Shown piece by piece: positions 1 through 13,444 of a DNA stretch of 64,000 nt. How positions within the stretch are numbered: position 1 is the first letter of the stretch; each line of letters starts with the position of its first letter. The DNA lies in assembly GCA_036867785.1 (NCBI GenBank), contig CP145420.1, forward strand, positions 992,001 to 1,056,000, in the 5' to 3' direction. Under the pieces are notes generated by a model, which searched no databases, was not told the origin of the DNA, and was given only the letters and a program-made list of their open reading frames with translations. The position numbers were made by a program, and so were the translations under genes. Source of the DNA: Plasmodiophora brassicae. Lineage: Eukaryota.

Positions 1-139
1 AGTAGAGCAGTCGTAAGCGCGCTGTCTACGTTGAGCATTCAGACAGCGTGCAAGGAAATGGGCCAAACAGGCATTTTAGGTAGGTCGGTGAGCAACAATG
101 CCCATTGATAATGAAAGCGGGAAAGATCAGGAGGCATCG

Positions 140-2255
140 TCAGATTTCAGCAATGGGGACAGCAATTGGAGCAGAGCGTTTCGGAGATTGTCCAAGGGCA
201 AGAATCGCCTGCATCAGCCGGTCGAAATCGACAGATCCTAACCCAGTGACAGGGTCGAACCCCTTCGTGGCAGTGAATCCAAATTTGCAGCAGCTTAGGC
301 CGTCTCCAGCAACGCAACGATTGTTCCCCTTGACAACATCTTTGAAAACGCCATTCGCACCGCTCAGCTTGTACAGAAGCGGGTTGACGAACCCGACAGG
401 GGGGCGACCCAATGACAAGAGCCGCCCGTTGACAAGGGACAGCATGCCGGCAAACACAGGAGCCGAGGCACTGGTTCCCGACTCAGCAGTGAACTGCCCC
501 CCGTCGACGATGATGTAATTGTATCCCAACAAAGAGACATCAGGGTAGGCGCGGCCTGGGACGCTCGCAGTTATTATCCATAGCTTAGCATGACCGCCTG
601 CCTGCGTAGCTTTACCTTCGCGGCTGTACATGTAATGAGGAGGCAAATCAGCAGGATCCGAGTTCGTGAAAAAGTCGTTGATCGCTGCATCCTGGTAGTG
701 TGGCCTTTTGAATACAGTACTGAAACCGCCCCCTGATGTCACGATTCCTCCTGTACGGATAAACACATGAGCGCCAGCGAGTCTGATAACGGAACGGCGA
801 CGCACCGGTGTCGCTGGAACAAGCAACCTCTTCGCGACCAGATTCGGGGCCTTGTGTTGCTCCGACCTGACCACGATAATTCAGTACAGCGTAAGCAACT
901 CCCTAATCACACATCCGTTACAGAAACAACGTAAGGGGAGGAAGCTGGGAATGACGGTGAGAATCCGCACTTGTCGAGATCGGATCGAGCGTCAAAGTTG
1001 GCGACGCCGTCATCTCCGGACTACATTGACGATTAACTGCCGCAAGACATCCACCGACGAGCCACGAGACTCACGCTGACAACGACAGTAATACCACGGA
1101 TGCCCAACTTCTGAATCTCTTCATCGAAACGACGCATCACCGCAGGATCCTCCTCAGGGTCACCGTAGCTGGCCAATGTTCAGCCAGTTGCGAAGCGCTT
1201 TAGTTCGCAGGTCATATACCTGATCGAGTGCACAAGTGGTGCCGAAGAATCGTTGGAAACGGCAATCGCCCAATCAAGGAACGGTTCTACCTCGCCGACC
1301 ATGCTCCCTATTGACACCGTTTCTGAATTTTCAACTTGATCGAAATACGCAACCGGTTCCTACGTACAGTAGGTAGTCGGGCCATCTGACATAGCGAGCA
1401 TGTACTGGACATCAAGATTGGCTAAGGAAACGCGTCAGCGACATCGAGAAAGGTTGGCATCCCCTCAAAACCTTCTCCACACTGATCCGGATGATCATTG
1501 CAGGCGTCCTCCTGGTTCGGACCGATCACGTCGACAATGTCGCTCTTAGGCAAGCCGAACTCATTTTGGAACTGGTGCAGATCGTTTGGACTGTAACTCT
1601 GCCCGAGACTCTCGAACAAAGCCTGCGTTGCACGTTGATCTTCCACGTGGTTCGACTTGACGTTGTAGACTTTGTTGATCAGGTCAGGCGTGACGTATCC
1701 CTGGACTTTACGACCGGCTTTGGTCCGAACCCCTGGACGCTGGGGAACATGGTGCTTCACCGACACAAAATCAACGTGCATGGCGATCGGTGGAGGGAGT
1801 TTCGCCGACGTCCCCGTCAGTTTCAGGATCGAATGGGCCAGCGGTACAGGCACGGAACGAGCAACAACGAACTCCCCATTAACGGTCATGTCGATTTGTT
1901 TCTCCAGGCCGCGCGACCGCAGGAAGGCAGTAATGGAATCCAATGCGGCATCGTTCCTGGTCAGCCGCGCGAGCTGGTCCAGCGTCAAGTACTGCCCATA
2001 CGACGGCGAGTCCGGATCCGACAGCACGTCCAGCATTCGCGTAATCGCACCGGGATCACGATGCTTCACCGCAAACACCAGGTCCATGGCGTCGCCGGTC
2101 AACGCCAGGCGCTTCGCGCCACGCAGCGGCACGTCGTGAACGGCGTGGCGGTCCTGGACGATCAGCACGCCGAGCAGCGAGACGGCCGCCAGTAGCCCCA
2201 TCCAGAGCGACACGGCCCGCGCGGGCGTCATCACGGTCAGCGGCGGGGACCCCAT
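140..2255 (-). CDS. Sedolisin (S53) tripeptidyl-peptidase-like serine protease, multi-exon
   Basis: Has an N-terminal hydrophobic segment and a pro-domain motif SDPDSPSYGQYLT. Catalytic E-x3-D spans an intron (CGE|ANLDVQY), followed by GRAYPDVS, catalytic-Ser motif SGTSASAPVFAG and Ca-loop GFDPVTGLGS. Confidence 0.9.
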
Positions 2256-2596
2256 CCTGCGCCAACCACCCACTTACACCAAATGACCCGGTGTCGGCGG
2301 CATTCGCCCGTTGCCGAAAATCCAGGGGGCTGCGATGTGACTGTGGCGTCCAGATATAGACCCTCCCCCACACTGTTGGACGACGTCTGTGCAGCACTCG
2401 TCGCAAAAACCGGCCCGCACGATCGATAATCCAACGTGCACCTTTGCTGGAACTTATCGTTAGGCGCGCAACGACCTGGAAGGACGCGTACGAGCCCAAG
2501 CGCAATAGTGTGGCGACTGGACCGTTTCGGGTACCTCGATCCCCGGCTAGTCCAACGGCGTCGTGGTGCGCGGATGTTGTCTAGGTGGCCAGCGCG

Positions 2597-4753
2597 ATGG
2601 ACATAGACGACGGCCTGACCGAGCAGGAGCGGCAGGCCGCCTGGGACGACCTGGAACGCGACCTGCAGGCCTTGTGCGACGACGCCGAGTTGTCCAGCCT
2701 CGCCAGCGACGATGACGACGACAGGTCGTCCATCTCCAGCGATGGCGCTACGGCACCTGGCAGCGGTGCCGACGGCGACGGCAGCGCCTTGTTCGAAGCG
2801 CTCATCGAATGCATGAGGAACGACGACGCGGCCACTGACGATTCCATTCGGCCCGTCATCCGGGACATGGCCGCGATTGTCGGCCACGACATAGCCGTTG
2901 GACAAGACGCCGCCTGCGACGGCGCTTGCGACGTCGGCGAACAGACGCCAGAGGCTTCCGAGCCCGCATCCGCACCGCCTGTTCAAACGCATCCAGAGAG
3001 CAACTCCTCGCACGACGAGCCTGATCACGTTGCCGCTGTCCTCCAGGAGATCGAGCGCCGGGCACAGCAGGTCCAGGCTGACCTACGGGAGGCAGAGCAG
3101 AGGAGGGCGGCCGTCCTCGCGGAACAGGCCGCCCGCGATGCCGAACGCGCCCGCCGCATCGCCACGGCCAGCGACGAGCGCGCGCGCATGCACATCGAAG
3201 ACGCGGCCGGGACGCGCGACCTGCGCGAACGTCGCCGCGCCTCCGGCGTCGAGCAATCGCGCATGGCCCGCGAAGATCGCCTCGCCCGGCACCTCATCTG
3301 GCTCGAACAGCTTCGCCTGGACGCCGAGCGCCGCGCCGCCGCCGAACGCGCCGCTCGTGCCAGGTACGGCGGTTGCTCGGTTGGGGTTCGCCATGGTGAT
3401 GACTGGTGCAGGGACGAGGCGGCACGGGAGCGCCGGGCGATGGCGATGGAGGAGACGGCGATCCGGGTCGGGAAGCGGCGGGCGCGCGCAGAGCGGGACA
3501 GGATGACGGCCGAGGACGCCACCGGTGAGCGGGAGCGCCAGCGATGGCGTCGCGAGCGCACGCGCATGACGGTTGCGCTGAGGGCGGCGCGTGCGACCCG
3601 CGAACGGGATCGGATGGTGGCGCAGGACGCGTTGTCGCGTGCTGCTCGAGAACGGGAACGGCACGAGGAACGTTCCCGGCGGCGTGCGCTTCGCGAGTCG
3701 GCACGGCGTCGCCCGTCGACGGTCGAAGGGTGCCCGCTTCCTGCACCGCCTGCAGGAGACGACCCCATCTTGGCGTCGCTTGCCCTGAAACCTGGCGCAG
3801 GCGTGCCGATTGCCCCATCGTGCGACCTGCCAGTTCGTGTCCCGCTCTGTGGTTCGTTGCCCGAACAGCGTCCTGCGCTGATCTGCGAGCAAGCGTCAAG
3901 GCGCCATGGCCGATTGTACGAAACGTTGCCGGCGTTCGCTGCTCGTCGTGAGCGATTCTTCGCGTTGCGGATTCAGCGTTGGTGGGTTCACGTGCGGCCG
4001 CGATGCCGAGCGGCTCGTCACGTCCAGGCATGGTATCGAGGAAGGAGGAATCGGCGGCAGTGTCTTGGGATTCTCAGGGGAACGCGCACCGGGGCCAACG
4101 GCGACCCGATTGAGCGACTCGACGATTCGTTCTTTGATTTCCTGCAAGACGACGGCTCCGATGTCCTTGCCCTGCTCGAATCGGGCAACGTCGTGTTTGC
4201 CGACACGCCCGGCGGGAGCCCTCGGGCACCGCCGTGTGAAGGTCAGGCCACAGAGCCGCCTCGCCAGCTTCCCATGCCCGGGGGACATCGAAGTCCATCC
4301 CCAGACGGGACGAGATCATCCCCAGTGCCGGCCCCATCGCGGTTGGATTCGGCGCCGGGCGAATGCGCCAAGTCAGCATGCGACGACGTCTTCGGCGGAT
4401 CGACGACGAACGAGTCCGTCGACGGTGGGCTTGCTGCGTCCGAGAGCGGTTGTGCAATCGACGAACTGGTAAGACGCCCTTGGCCGATTGCGCTGCCGCC
4501 ATGGATGACAGACGGCCTCGGCTTAGGGCGCTCGGGCTCGGAAGGCATTCCAGAAACGAGCGAAACGATTGAAGCATATCGGGGCAACGGGCAGCTGGAA
4601 ACAGGCGGACCCCTATGCCCGAATAGGGTACCTCAAGAAACCCTATTTGGCCCACGTGCCTGGGGTGTGCACGTCTACCAGCCCCGTCCGCGAACAGCGA
4701 AAGCGCATGCCTGCGCTGAAGGTTGTGCCTCCCCTGACTGCGTCCCGTCGTAA
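2597..4753 (+). CDS. Coiled-coil protein with IQ calmodulin-binding motifs (3' structure uncertain)
   Basis: Long ORF with an acidic N-terminus, an E/R-rich coiled coil and IQ-like motifs ALRIQRWW and AARHVQAWYRGRR. It likely includes in-frame introns. Confidence 0.6.
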   Translation: MDIDDGLTEQERQAAWDDLERDLQALCDDAELSSLASDDDDDRSSISSDGATAPGSGADGDGSALFEALIECMRNDDAATDDSIRPVIRDMAAIVGHDIAVGQDAACDGACDVGEQTPEASEPASAPPVQTHPESNSSHDEPDHVAAVLQEIERRAQQVQADLREAEQRRAAVLAEQAARDAERARRIATASDERARMHIEDAAGTRDLRERRRASGVEQSRMAREDRLARHLIWLEQLRLDAERRAAAERAARARYGGCSVGVRHGDDWCRDEAARERRAMAMEETAIRVGKRRARAERDRMTAEDATGERERQRWRRERTRMTVALRAARATRERDRMVAQDALSRAARERERHEERSRRRALRESARRRPSTVEGCPLPAPPAGDDPILASLALKPGAGVPIAPSCDLPVRVPLCGSLPEQRPALICEQASRRHGRLYETLPAFAARRERFFALRIQRWWVHVRPRCRAARHVQAWYRGRRNRRQCLGILRGTRTGANGDPIERLDDSFFDFLQDDGSDVLALLESGNVVFADTPGGSPRAPPCEGQATEPPRQLPMPGGHRSPSPDGTRSSPVPAPSRLDSAPGECAKSACDDVFGGSTTNESVDGGLAASESGCAIDELVRRPWPIALPPWMTDGLGLGRSGSEGIPETSETIEAYRGNGQLETGGPLCPNRVPQETLFGPRAWGVHVYQPRPRTAKAHACAEGCASPDCVPS

Positions 4754-4979
4754 TTGCTGACATCGGGCCGCTTAGCTAAACAACTACGTTAATGCCAAGT
4801 CTGCCGTCAAAGGAACGCCGGGACAACGTGACAGGCACGTCGTTCCGCCTACGTACGAAGCGGTCTCTGATGGATCGTTTCAGGGTGTCCGCGCTGCCAT
4901 CAGCGACGTCGACTCTGGTGCTTCCACCAATCGTACTGCCGCAGTCCCCGAACCGATAACGACAACCGTTTATACATTA

Positions 4980-6005
4980 TTATTGAATCACTGCAAGCTC
5001 TCCTGGAGGATGATCTCCCGCCCACAAAGCGGGCTTGACAGTGTCGTCCACGTTCTGGCTGTACGTGTCAGGCGCGTTCGCGTCTCGTGATCGCCTTCCG
5101 CGCGCCGTCTCCAGTGGTCGTTCTGCCGGCGGCGGCGGATGAGGTTCACTAACGATCGCTGATGGAACCGCAGGCACTGCCGATCGCCTCCTCTCGAATT
5201 CAGCCATGGCACTTTGCAGGTCCCCTGGCAATCCGCGAATCCCTCTGGCCAGTGTGACAGTTTCCGGCCCAGTTAAGATGCTCGGCAGGTCATTGGCGGT
5301 TAGTGTCTACCAGACGCCTCACATTAGTTGCCCGATGGACTCTGTCTCGGCATCGTTCCCCACCTCGGCGTTGACGCCAGGCACGTCCATACGAGGGCGG
5401 CCTGCCGTGAACAGAACGATCGGGCCGTCGCGAACCAGCCCGGGAAGAACGATGACACTCAGATCCGGGTTGGCGTGATTCACATGAACAGTGACGATGT
5501 CCGGCTCGTCTTGGAACCGGTCGACCAGTCTCCACAGCGGCGTGTTGGAAGGCGCCAGCCTGTAATCCTGTGCGTTCTGGAGCACAACCGGGAACGGCGC
5601 CCGCCAGAGTCGCGCCTGGATCACCGTCGTGATCGAGAACGCCGACAGCACCTCGCACGTGCTTCCCGAGCTCATGTACTGCATGAGTATGGGGCGAACG
5701 ACCGTGTTCGCTACATCGGACAGCACGTCGTGCGTTGCCACCGACGCGTCGTCAGCGATCGCGCTCAGCTCGCTCTTCACCGTGTAATTCAACGATGCCG
5801 CTCGAGCGTCGTCAATGTCGCCGGCCAGGATCGCTGTCAGATCCGTTTCGCCCAGGACGCGATCCAGCAGGAACGCCGGCAGGGACGTGTCCCGCGAATT
5901 GCACACAAAGGCAACGATGCCGTCTCGGTGGGCGGCGGCGACGTCCATGCCGGCGACGTGCGATCGGAACGCGGCCGCCTGCGATAGGTGACGCAGGGCG
6001 GCCAT
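4980..6005 (-). CDS. Hypothetical protein
   Basis: Globular-looking ORF from ATG 6005 to about 5320, then a probable GT..CTAAC..AG intron and a final exon ending at 4980. No recognised motif. Confidence 0.4.
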
Positions 6006-6162
6006 CAGACGGCACAGGCGCGCCGGTCGAATCGACCTGGGGGGCTGGCCGGCATCAGCAGTCAGCAGGCAGGTGCCCCGACAGGTCGTCATCATGCACC
6101 ACATCCACCTCGACGACGACGACATGCTGGGTACCCCCCGGGTGATCGATCGCGTGTTTGTA

Positions 6163-8904
6163 TTAGGCTTCGGCGACGGGCGCTTCCCTGCCGGCGAGGA
6201 ACTCCAGCAGGTACTGGTTCCTGTTGCACAGCGTGCTCAGGTTGCTGAACATGGCCCCCATGGCCTTGTGCAGGGCCCGGAACGCGGGCAGCAGGTGGTG
6301 CGCGTTCCGCTTCAGGTGCTCGCCGTGCGTCGTCAGCAGCTGGACCGCCCAGATCAGGTGCAACTCCAGGTCGGCGCTCTTCTCAAACCCGTCGGCGACC
6401 AGGTTGATCACGCGCTCCAGGAACGAATGCGGCACCGCCCGTACGACCAGCGGGACGTCGGTCGGGGGCGTGGCTCGAACCAGCGCCCTCAGCACTGAAT
6501 TGTCGTTCAGACGCAGAGCCATGACGAGCGCGCGCCCGTAATTGCCGGACGATGCCTCGGCAGCGATCCGCTCGGGCGTGACGTCCTCGTCGATGTCGAC
6601 CGGGTCGAACGTCATGTCCTGGTCCAGCGAGTACACCAGCAGCCCTGATGGCGCGTTTAGCGATCGAAGGTCGTAAACGACACGACAGGTTACCTTCAGT
6701 GGACGCCGCCGCCCAGGACCGGCCTGTCGGCGAGAATCGCACACATTTCGTGGCAACGGCTGGGCGAGTGGCGCGTCGCTTCGACAAGTCGCCTTTGGCG
6801 ACACCGGGCAGGTTCGCGTCACGCCGGGCGGCACGTGCACCAGCGGTGTCCTCATCGCTATCGCTGTCGTCGATCTCGTCGACCGGGCCCGCGTCCGTCA
6901 TCTTCCCGCTGTTCAGCATGTCGACGATGCCGTCCAGGGCCCTGTTCGACGAGATCTGGAACTTGCGGACCAGCAGGCCCGGTTCCACAGCGTACAGGCA
7001 GACGAACTTGCTGTTCCCGCCCGCGAGCACGCAGGACCCATCCGCTGAGTAGCAGACCGACGTGAACGCGGTGCCGTACGTCGTCGTGCTCGCCGTTCGT
7101 CTGTCCAGCTGGCGACGCCCACCGCGAATGTCTTCCCGGCCCTCGATTGTCGACTTCAACACGCCTCGGTTGACGTCCCAGAACTGGAGCTGACCGTCGA
7201 GCGACGCAGAGCAGACCTCGTTGCCGTCGTGGCGGAACGCGACGGCCAGCACGTCGGTCCCGTGCGACAGCGTCTCGGTCGCCGATTTACGATGCTCGGC
7301 GAACACGTCCCAGAGCTTCACCGTCTTGTCCCAGCTGCCGGACGCCAGCATCGACTGTTCCGCCGAGAACGACAACGAGCAGACCGGGCCTTCGTGGCCC
7401 GCCAGCACGTCGAGCAGCTTGCCGGTCTGCAGCGACCACACGAAGATGTCGAACGGGTCCAGGGCGCCAGCACACACCACCTGGCACACGAGGTCAGTGG
7501 CGACGTACGGCGAACGACCCGGGTGGTCGTACCTCTCCGGACGGGTCAATGGCCAGCGACAGGAACTGGCAGGACATCGGGGCGACCATCGTGCGAAAGT
7601 TTCGGTAACGGACGAGGTCGTACGCGCGAACGGTACCGTCCAGGGACGCGCTGACGACGACGTTGCCGGCGGATGTGATGCAAACGTCGGTGACCGGTGC
7701 GGAATGGTCCGCGAACGTCGCGAAGCAGAACCCGGTGGTTGTGTTCCAGATCTTCACCTTGCCGTCGTCGCCGCCGGTGGCCATCAGCTGCCCGTCGGGC
7801 GAGAACGCAACCGCGTTGACGTCGTGGGCGTGACCTTGCTGTTTCAGGATGTACGTCTCCGACTGCCATTCCCAGACGAGGAGCTGGCCGAGGGCCGCCG
7901 ACCCGAACGCCAGCCATTGCCCGCGTGGGCAGACGGCCACCGTCGAGATCCGTTGTTGGGATACCGATAGCGAATGGATCTCGGAGCCGTCCGGCAATTC
8001 GTACAGCGAGAACGTGCCGTTGTTGAACCCGACCACGACCAGATGCTCCTGGAACGTGACGCATTGCACCTGTACCAGGGGGCGTTAGACGAGACCATGG
8101 CACCCCGACAGCGTATCGTACCTGGGCGTGGTTCTTCTCGAAGTAGATCTTGCGTTCCAGGTCGAACCGAGCGGTCTCCAAAGCGGACGCCGGCGCGTCC
8201 GTCTTCCAGATGAACAGGGCGCCGTCCTTGGAGACGGTGTACAGCGTGCCGCGGGACGCATCGAAGAACGATCCGACGGTGTGGTTCCGGTGGCCAGATA
8301 GAGTCAGTGGGCGGAAGCCATCGATGGTGTGCAGAGAGAACATGCGGACCGATGCGTCGAGAGACGACGTGAAGAAGAAGCGGGAATCCGGCGACCAGTG
8401 GATGTGGACGACCTCGTCCATGTGCCGGGTATAGGTTCGGAACAGGGAGAACGGCGCATACTGCATGCGATTCGACGGCGCATGCCAGACCTGGACGTGT
8501 TTCCCATGGGTGATGGCGAAGTATTTCCCGTCGGGGCTGAAACAGGCATCGCGTACGTGCCCTTTGAAGTGACAGCTGTTGACGACGACTCGCTTATGGA
8601 CATTGATGAGCAGGGCGTGGCCGTCATCGTCGATCGAGACCAACATGTTCCCGTTCGGCGATAGCGCTATCCGGGAAATGTTCGTCCTGTTCTCAAACGG
8701 CATCGTGGAGCATCGATGACTAGAAGACGATGTCAGAAAACGTACGAAAAACGGCGACATGCGCCGATCGTACTTCACCAAGTCGAACACGCTGATTCGA
8801 TTGCCGACAGGACTGAGAATGCTGTTGCCATCGCTGGTGAAGACGACGTTGCCGCCGTTGAACGAACTCCCGCACAGGTTCGAGAATTCGAAGGCAAACT
8901 TCAT
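6163..8904 (-). CDS. PWP2: WD40-repeat SSU processome protein PWP2/UTP1, multi-exon
   Basis: Starts MKFAFEFSNLCGS..GNVVFTSDGNSILSPVGNR. Contains GQLLVWEWQSETYILKQQGH, DGTVRAYDLVRYRNFRT and the C-terminal FDPVDIDEDVTPE / ALVMALRLND region. Confidence 0.95.
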
Positions 8905-9402
8905 CGTTCCTCAGTGGCTACGACTCCGTCACGGAGTCCGCCGCGGACTTCGCGGAGCACCCTTCAGAAATGAGGTGGGCGGGAATGATCGGGCGAGAAG
9001 GCGTTGACGAATAGAGCAATCATCCTGGCGAGGCAGTTGGCAAGGCGTATGTCCGTCCTTAGGTATCGGGTCGTTCCGCCTTGGATATATCCGCGGGTGC
9101 ACGCTGGGATGCAACTGACATTGCAAGTCAGGCGGTGGCCTTGGGGATCGCGTAACTGACGGATCAGGCGCTGCCGCCGCTGGGCAGCCAGCGTCTGCGC
9201 CTCGTCAAACGTCTCGGCAGTTATGCAATATACAAGCCCGTCGCCTGAATGCACTGCAGCCGGAAGCGTTGGCGCCCTCGCGTACCAATGTTGTGAACGG
9301 GGGAGCCCAGTCTCACGTGATGCGATCAATCAATTTGTTGTCGGCCCCGTTCCTGTCCCTATTGACGCGATAGTCCATGCGCAAAATACAACAGCTGGGG
9401 CG

Positions 9403-10083
9403 ATGGTGCGCTGCGAGGCGACCGCGTCGCTGCTGGGGCGGTTCGAGGCGGTTCGTGGCAAACTGGATGAAACCGTGGATCGCTCGCCGCCTGTCCGAGA
9501 GTATGAAGGCGCCGGTATGCGTGTCGCGTTGCGCGCTGCGTTGATGATGGTCGTCTGATGACGGACGGGCGGGCAGTGTCGAGCGCGAACGTCAGGGGTC
9601 TGGTAGACGGCAGCGGGAACCTATGGGACGACGACGCGCTTCGTGCGGCGATTCTCGATAGCAGGGATAGGCTTGACCACGTTGTTGGGCTTCTCAGGCG
9701 GTTCTCCGATATCGCGGGTAATCGCTGCCAGTGCTGTCGTTGATGTATTCGTGCCACTAAACGATCTGGTTGTCGTCGCGTGGCGCAGCCAGCGTTGACG
9801 CCGACGTGACATGGGCGGACTCGGCAGAGCTCGATGCCCGCCTTACGGCATGCGAAGCCGACATGACACGTCGCCTGCGTCGCGTCACGGCGCTCCACGC
9901 CGACACGGAGCGCCTCGCGCTGCTGTACCATGCCATTGTACGACAACGACACCATCCCCCACGATGTACGATGTTGCTCACTCGTCTGCGCAGGTTCGTA
10001 AGAAGTCGACACAGTTCCAAATGTGGAACGCCCGGCTGCGCCGGCTCGAACAGCAACGCCAGGGGACACTACGTAAAGCATAG
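9403..10083 (+). CDS. Dynactin subunit 3 (p22/p24)-like coiled-coil protein, multi-exon
   Basis: Spliced C-terminus LHADTERLALLYHAI..STQFQMWNARLRRLE resembles the DCTN3 end (LLEEYN..LSKQFVQWDELLCQLE). Exon boundaries are approximate. Confidence 0.45.
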
Positions 10084-10207
10084 CAGGATGCAACGGCAAA
10101 TGAAGCCTCCGCTTGGTTGCTCTCTAGCTGGGCCGATTCGGCAACCTGGCTGCACTGTTCCGTCGGCAGAAACGTCAAGCAGAAGGGAATAGCTCCCTTG
10201 CCCAGCA

Positions 10208-10576
10208 ATGCCGCCCGAGGACGTCCTAAACGATGCAGTGGAGATCGTAGTTGGCCCGGGGCCCGAGCCCCTGCTTCCGCTCCCCACGATCGGACGAAAC
10301 ATCAGGTCGTGTCTGCCGCCGCACGCCAAGGTCGCGTGTGGCGTCAAGGACGGCGTTCGCGAGTACGTCACCGAGTTCCTCGGGTTTCTCACGAGCGAAT
10401 GCAGCGACCGCATGCGGAGACAGAACCGTAAAACGATCACGGCGCAGGACGTCCTGCTCTCTGTCGAGGCGGTCGGCTTCGCAGGCTTTGTCCCCGATCT
10501 GCGGCGGCACGACAACGAGACCCGGCTCAAACGCGCCCACGATCTGAGGAAGGCCCGTGCGTCGTCATGCACCTGA
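10208..10576 (+). CDS. Histone-fold NF-YB/HAP3-like transcription factor subunit
   Basis: LPLPTIGRNIRSCLPPHAKV..VREYVTEFLGFLTSECSD..NRKTITAQDVL..VGF matches the NF-YB histone-fold pattern. Confidence 0.8.
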   Translation: MPPEDVLNDAVEIVVGPGPEPLLPLPTIGRNIRSCLPPHAKVACGVKDGVREYVTEFLGFLTSECSDRMRRQNRKTITAQDVLLSVEAVGFAGFVPDLRRHDNETRLKRAHDLRKARASSCT

Positions 10577-10687
10577 GAAACGAGCTGGCATCAGGGCACT
10601 GATGTAAACTAAGGCGTATCTGTCGAATACTGCAACGTTGACGGCGTGCACCCTATCCGGCAAGCGTTGTATATTCGTTTATCGATG

Positions 10688-11904
10688 CTACCGCCAGAGG
10701 AGGCAAACGAGAAACGCGAAGAGGACGACAATGGCGGCGACGGCGAGGTACAGCACGGTTGACAGTCGTGAATCGACGTCCTGTGATACACCAAGAAGCG
10801 CCGACAGGGATTGCGCCACTGCCTGGCACTTCGAGTGCAGGTCGGATGTCGCTGTCAGGTCCACATGGTCCTGCAGCTGACTTCGCTGCTTCTCGTACAG
10901 ATCGCTCGTCTTCGTCTCCAGCTCGCTGAGGCGGTGCCGAATCCGGCGCAGGAACACCATCGAATGGAGGGACAGCGTCTCGGCTGTCGACAGCAGTAGC
11001 CGCTGCCGAAGCTCGATCGACGTCAGCCTGTCGGCCAGCTTGCCATACATCGTGTCGCTGTCTGGCAGGCTATGCGCCAGCTCCCACAGCCTCGACAGGT
11101 CCTGTTGCGCCTGGCGGGAAATAACATGCGATTGGCAGACCCGGTGGGCATCGTTACGGAGCGACGATATCAGGTCACGAACGGGGCAACTGTCATCGAG
11201 TTCGACAGCCGACAGGTTCTCCGGCAGCGTCAAACGATTGATGTGCTCCATCTGGGATCGTAGCAGGGCGTCCACGTTACTAGTCGACGCATCCAGCCGC
11301 GTCTGTACGGGCGCCAGCGCCGGCGTCCCGTACACTTGCAGCGATGTCAACGTGCAGAACCGGTCCGGGTGGTGGATAGCCAGAAAGCGGATCTTGACGA
11401 ACCTACAAAGCAGGATCACCAGGTGTGACGTGACTCCCGGGGGGACGCCAGAGCGATTCCCTACCTGACAGTCCGCTTGAGATGCAGCGTGAAGGTTTGT
11501 TTTCGTCTTGACTCGCCCATGCGAAGTGTGCCAGCGAGAAGCCACTTCTCGGTCGGCCAGAACGGCGACACGCTGACCTCGACGATCGCCGGCGGCGTCG
11601 CATAGAACTCGCTGTTCTGCAGGACGATGCGCTCGACGGTGACGTCCTCGCTGAGCTGGGCGACGAACCATTCGACGCGCTCGCTCTGCCGATCGATCAG
11701 CAGGTACCGGTCCGGGTCCGGGGTCAGACACGACTGCGCCGACTCGACCCCGCCGCTGGACGCCAGGACGCGCGCGCCCGCTCGCGACGACGCGAAGTTG
11801 AACGCGAACGGCTCGACGTCGTCGCCCGGGTCGATCAGGGCCACCCGCGTCGCCGCGGCGCCCGCAACGCATACCCCGACGAGGACAACGACCCGGAGCG
11901 CCAT
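10688..11904 (-). CDS. Mid-SUN domain membrane protein (Slp1/SUCO-like)
   Basis: Signal peptide, then FNFASSRAGARVLASS..DPDRYLL..WFVAQLSEDVTVERIVLQNSEFY and FCTLTSLQVYG. Followed by a coiled coil and a C-terminal TM helix. One intron at about 11405-11465. Confidence 0.85.
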
Positions 11905-12071
11905 GTCAGGCGCATCGTCAAAATGGCACGGCGCGCGCGCGGTAACGCTTCGCAGCGCAGCGCCGGCACCGTCACCAGTCGGAGTCAGTCAGACAGAGGC
12001 TGCTGGCTGGGGACGAGGCTGTGCCGAAAAACGCGGCTGTGTGGCGAGTTTATCGTCAGGCGCGGCTGTTG

Positions 12072-13170
12072 CTACGGTTTGCTGGGTATGTGGCTGGTCA
12101 GCATGGACTTCAGCAGGCGCTTCACCTGCCGTTTGCGCTCGTTCGGCGTCATGCGCTTATGTTTGCCCGTCCGTTTCTTCTTGGCGAGCACGGGGCACGT
12201 GACGGTGGCCGGCAGGCGGACGACGCCAACGGCGGGATCGGGCAGCGCTCTCCGTAACAGACCATCGATGGTCGATGAAGACTCGTGACGCAACGCAGCC
12301 TCGATACCTGTCGGTGCGGTCAGATACAGTATACTGCCAGACGGCGCGCTGGACGACGACGAGTACATTGACGAGAGAAGAAGCAAGGTCTGTCGGGAAG
12401 GGGTTCTCTAGTTTGCACGAGCGCGTCCGCCATGCCTGTCTGAAGAGCAGCAGCAGCAGCAGCAGCAGCCGGCCGATCTTGCTGGTATGGAACCAGGCGA
12501 GGCCCGATGGCCATTTCGGGGATGACGCCGTTCGGAAACAGGTCGACCGCGTTCCGAGCGGCCAAACGCAGATGAACGGAGCTGCTTGTATTTCGTTTCG
12601 CGACCCTCTATGCACGCCCATAAGCACATCGCAGCATACCCAAGAGACGGCGAAATCTGACCAGCAGTCCCAGCCACCGATTGCACATCGTCGCACCGGC
12701 ACAGGCTGTGCTCATACCCGATACCCCGAAATCGAACCGCGCGAAGCCGCCACCCCCGACGCAGCTGACGTCGTGTGTACCGCCAGTGCGCCACCGAACG
12801 CCCGTAGCCAAAGTCCGCACGCGACGCAGCCCACCCCCCACGGCTGCAGCTGCAGGCGCGCGAGGCCTACACACCTTCGATCCCTGCCACAGATCAGAGG
12901 AAAAATAGCAGTACTGAAGAACACGTCAGCGTGAGCGCCACTGTCGTCCTGAATTACCTAGTGGTCGCCAAAGCCAGGGCGTGTCACCGTCCTAGGTACG
13001 TAGTTCGAGCGGGACCGTCGTTGATCCTGTCAGGCGCCGCGTACGCGCTCAGCAGTACGTACGTACCGTTGGCCCCGGTGGTCCTTGACGACCATGATGG
13101 CGATGCAGTGCGCATACCAGGGAAGGCGGACCGGTGTGGGTAGTGCAGGGCACCCACCAGCCACGTTGAC
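12072..13170 (-). CDS. Hypothetical multi-exon protein with basic C-terminus
   Basis: The last exon ends KKKRTGKHKRMTPNERKRQVKRLLKSM. Upstream exons are flanked by plausible GT/AG sites. The 5' end is uncertain. Confidence 0.3.
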
Positions 13171-13444
13171 ATCGATCACCGAGGCAGCCTGCGGCCCGCC
13201 ACATTCCCCTGACCCCGTGCTCTCGGGACACGTGTGAACGTATGCTACCCAGTTGTTGCACGCACCTCACTATTGCACACGCAGCGGGTTGTTCTGCGTT
13301 GCCTACCGTATTCACGTCGTCGTGCCGTCAGGAAGCTTCTGTGCATTCCTTTCGGGCGCCAAATGCCGACCCGTGCCGACCGAATTTTGCCCGCCGTTCA
13401 TTTGTGTCCAGTTGGTCGATACTAACCCTCTACTCGTGAAGCGG

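Noticed and set aside
12446-12469. (AGC)8 microsatellite
   Set aside because: It is an ordinary short triplet run, probably a poly-Ala tract in a hypothetical gene.
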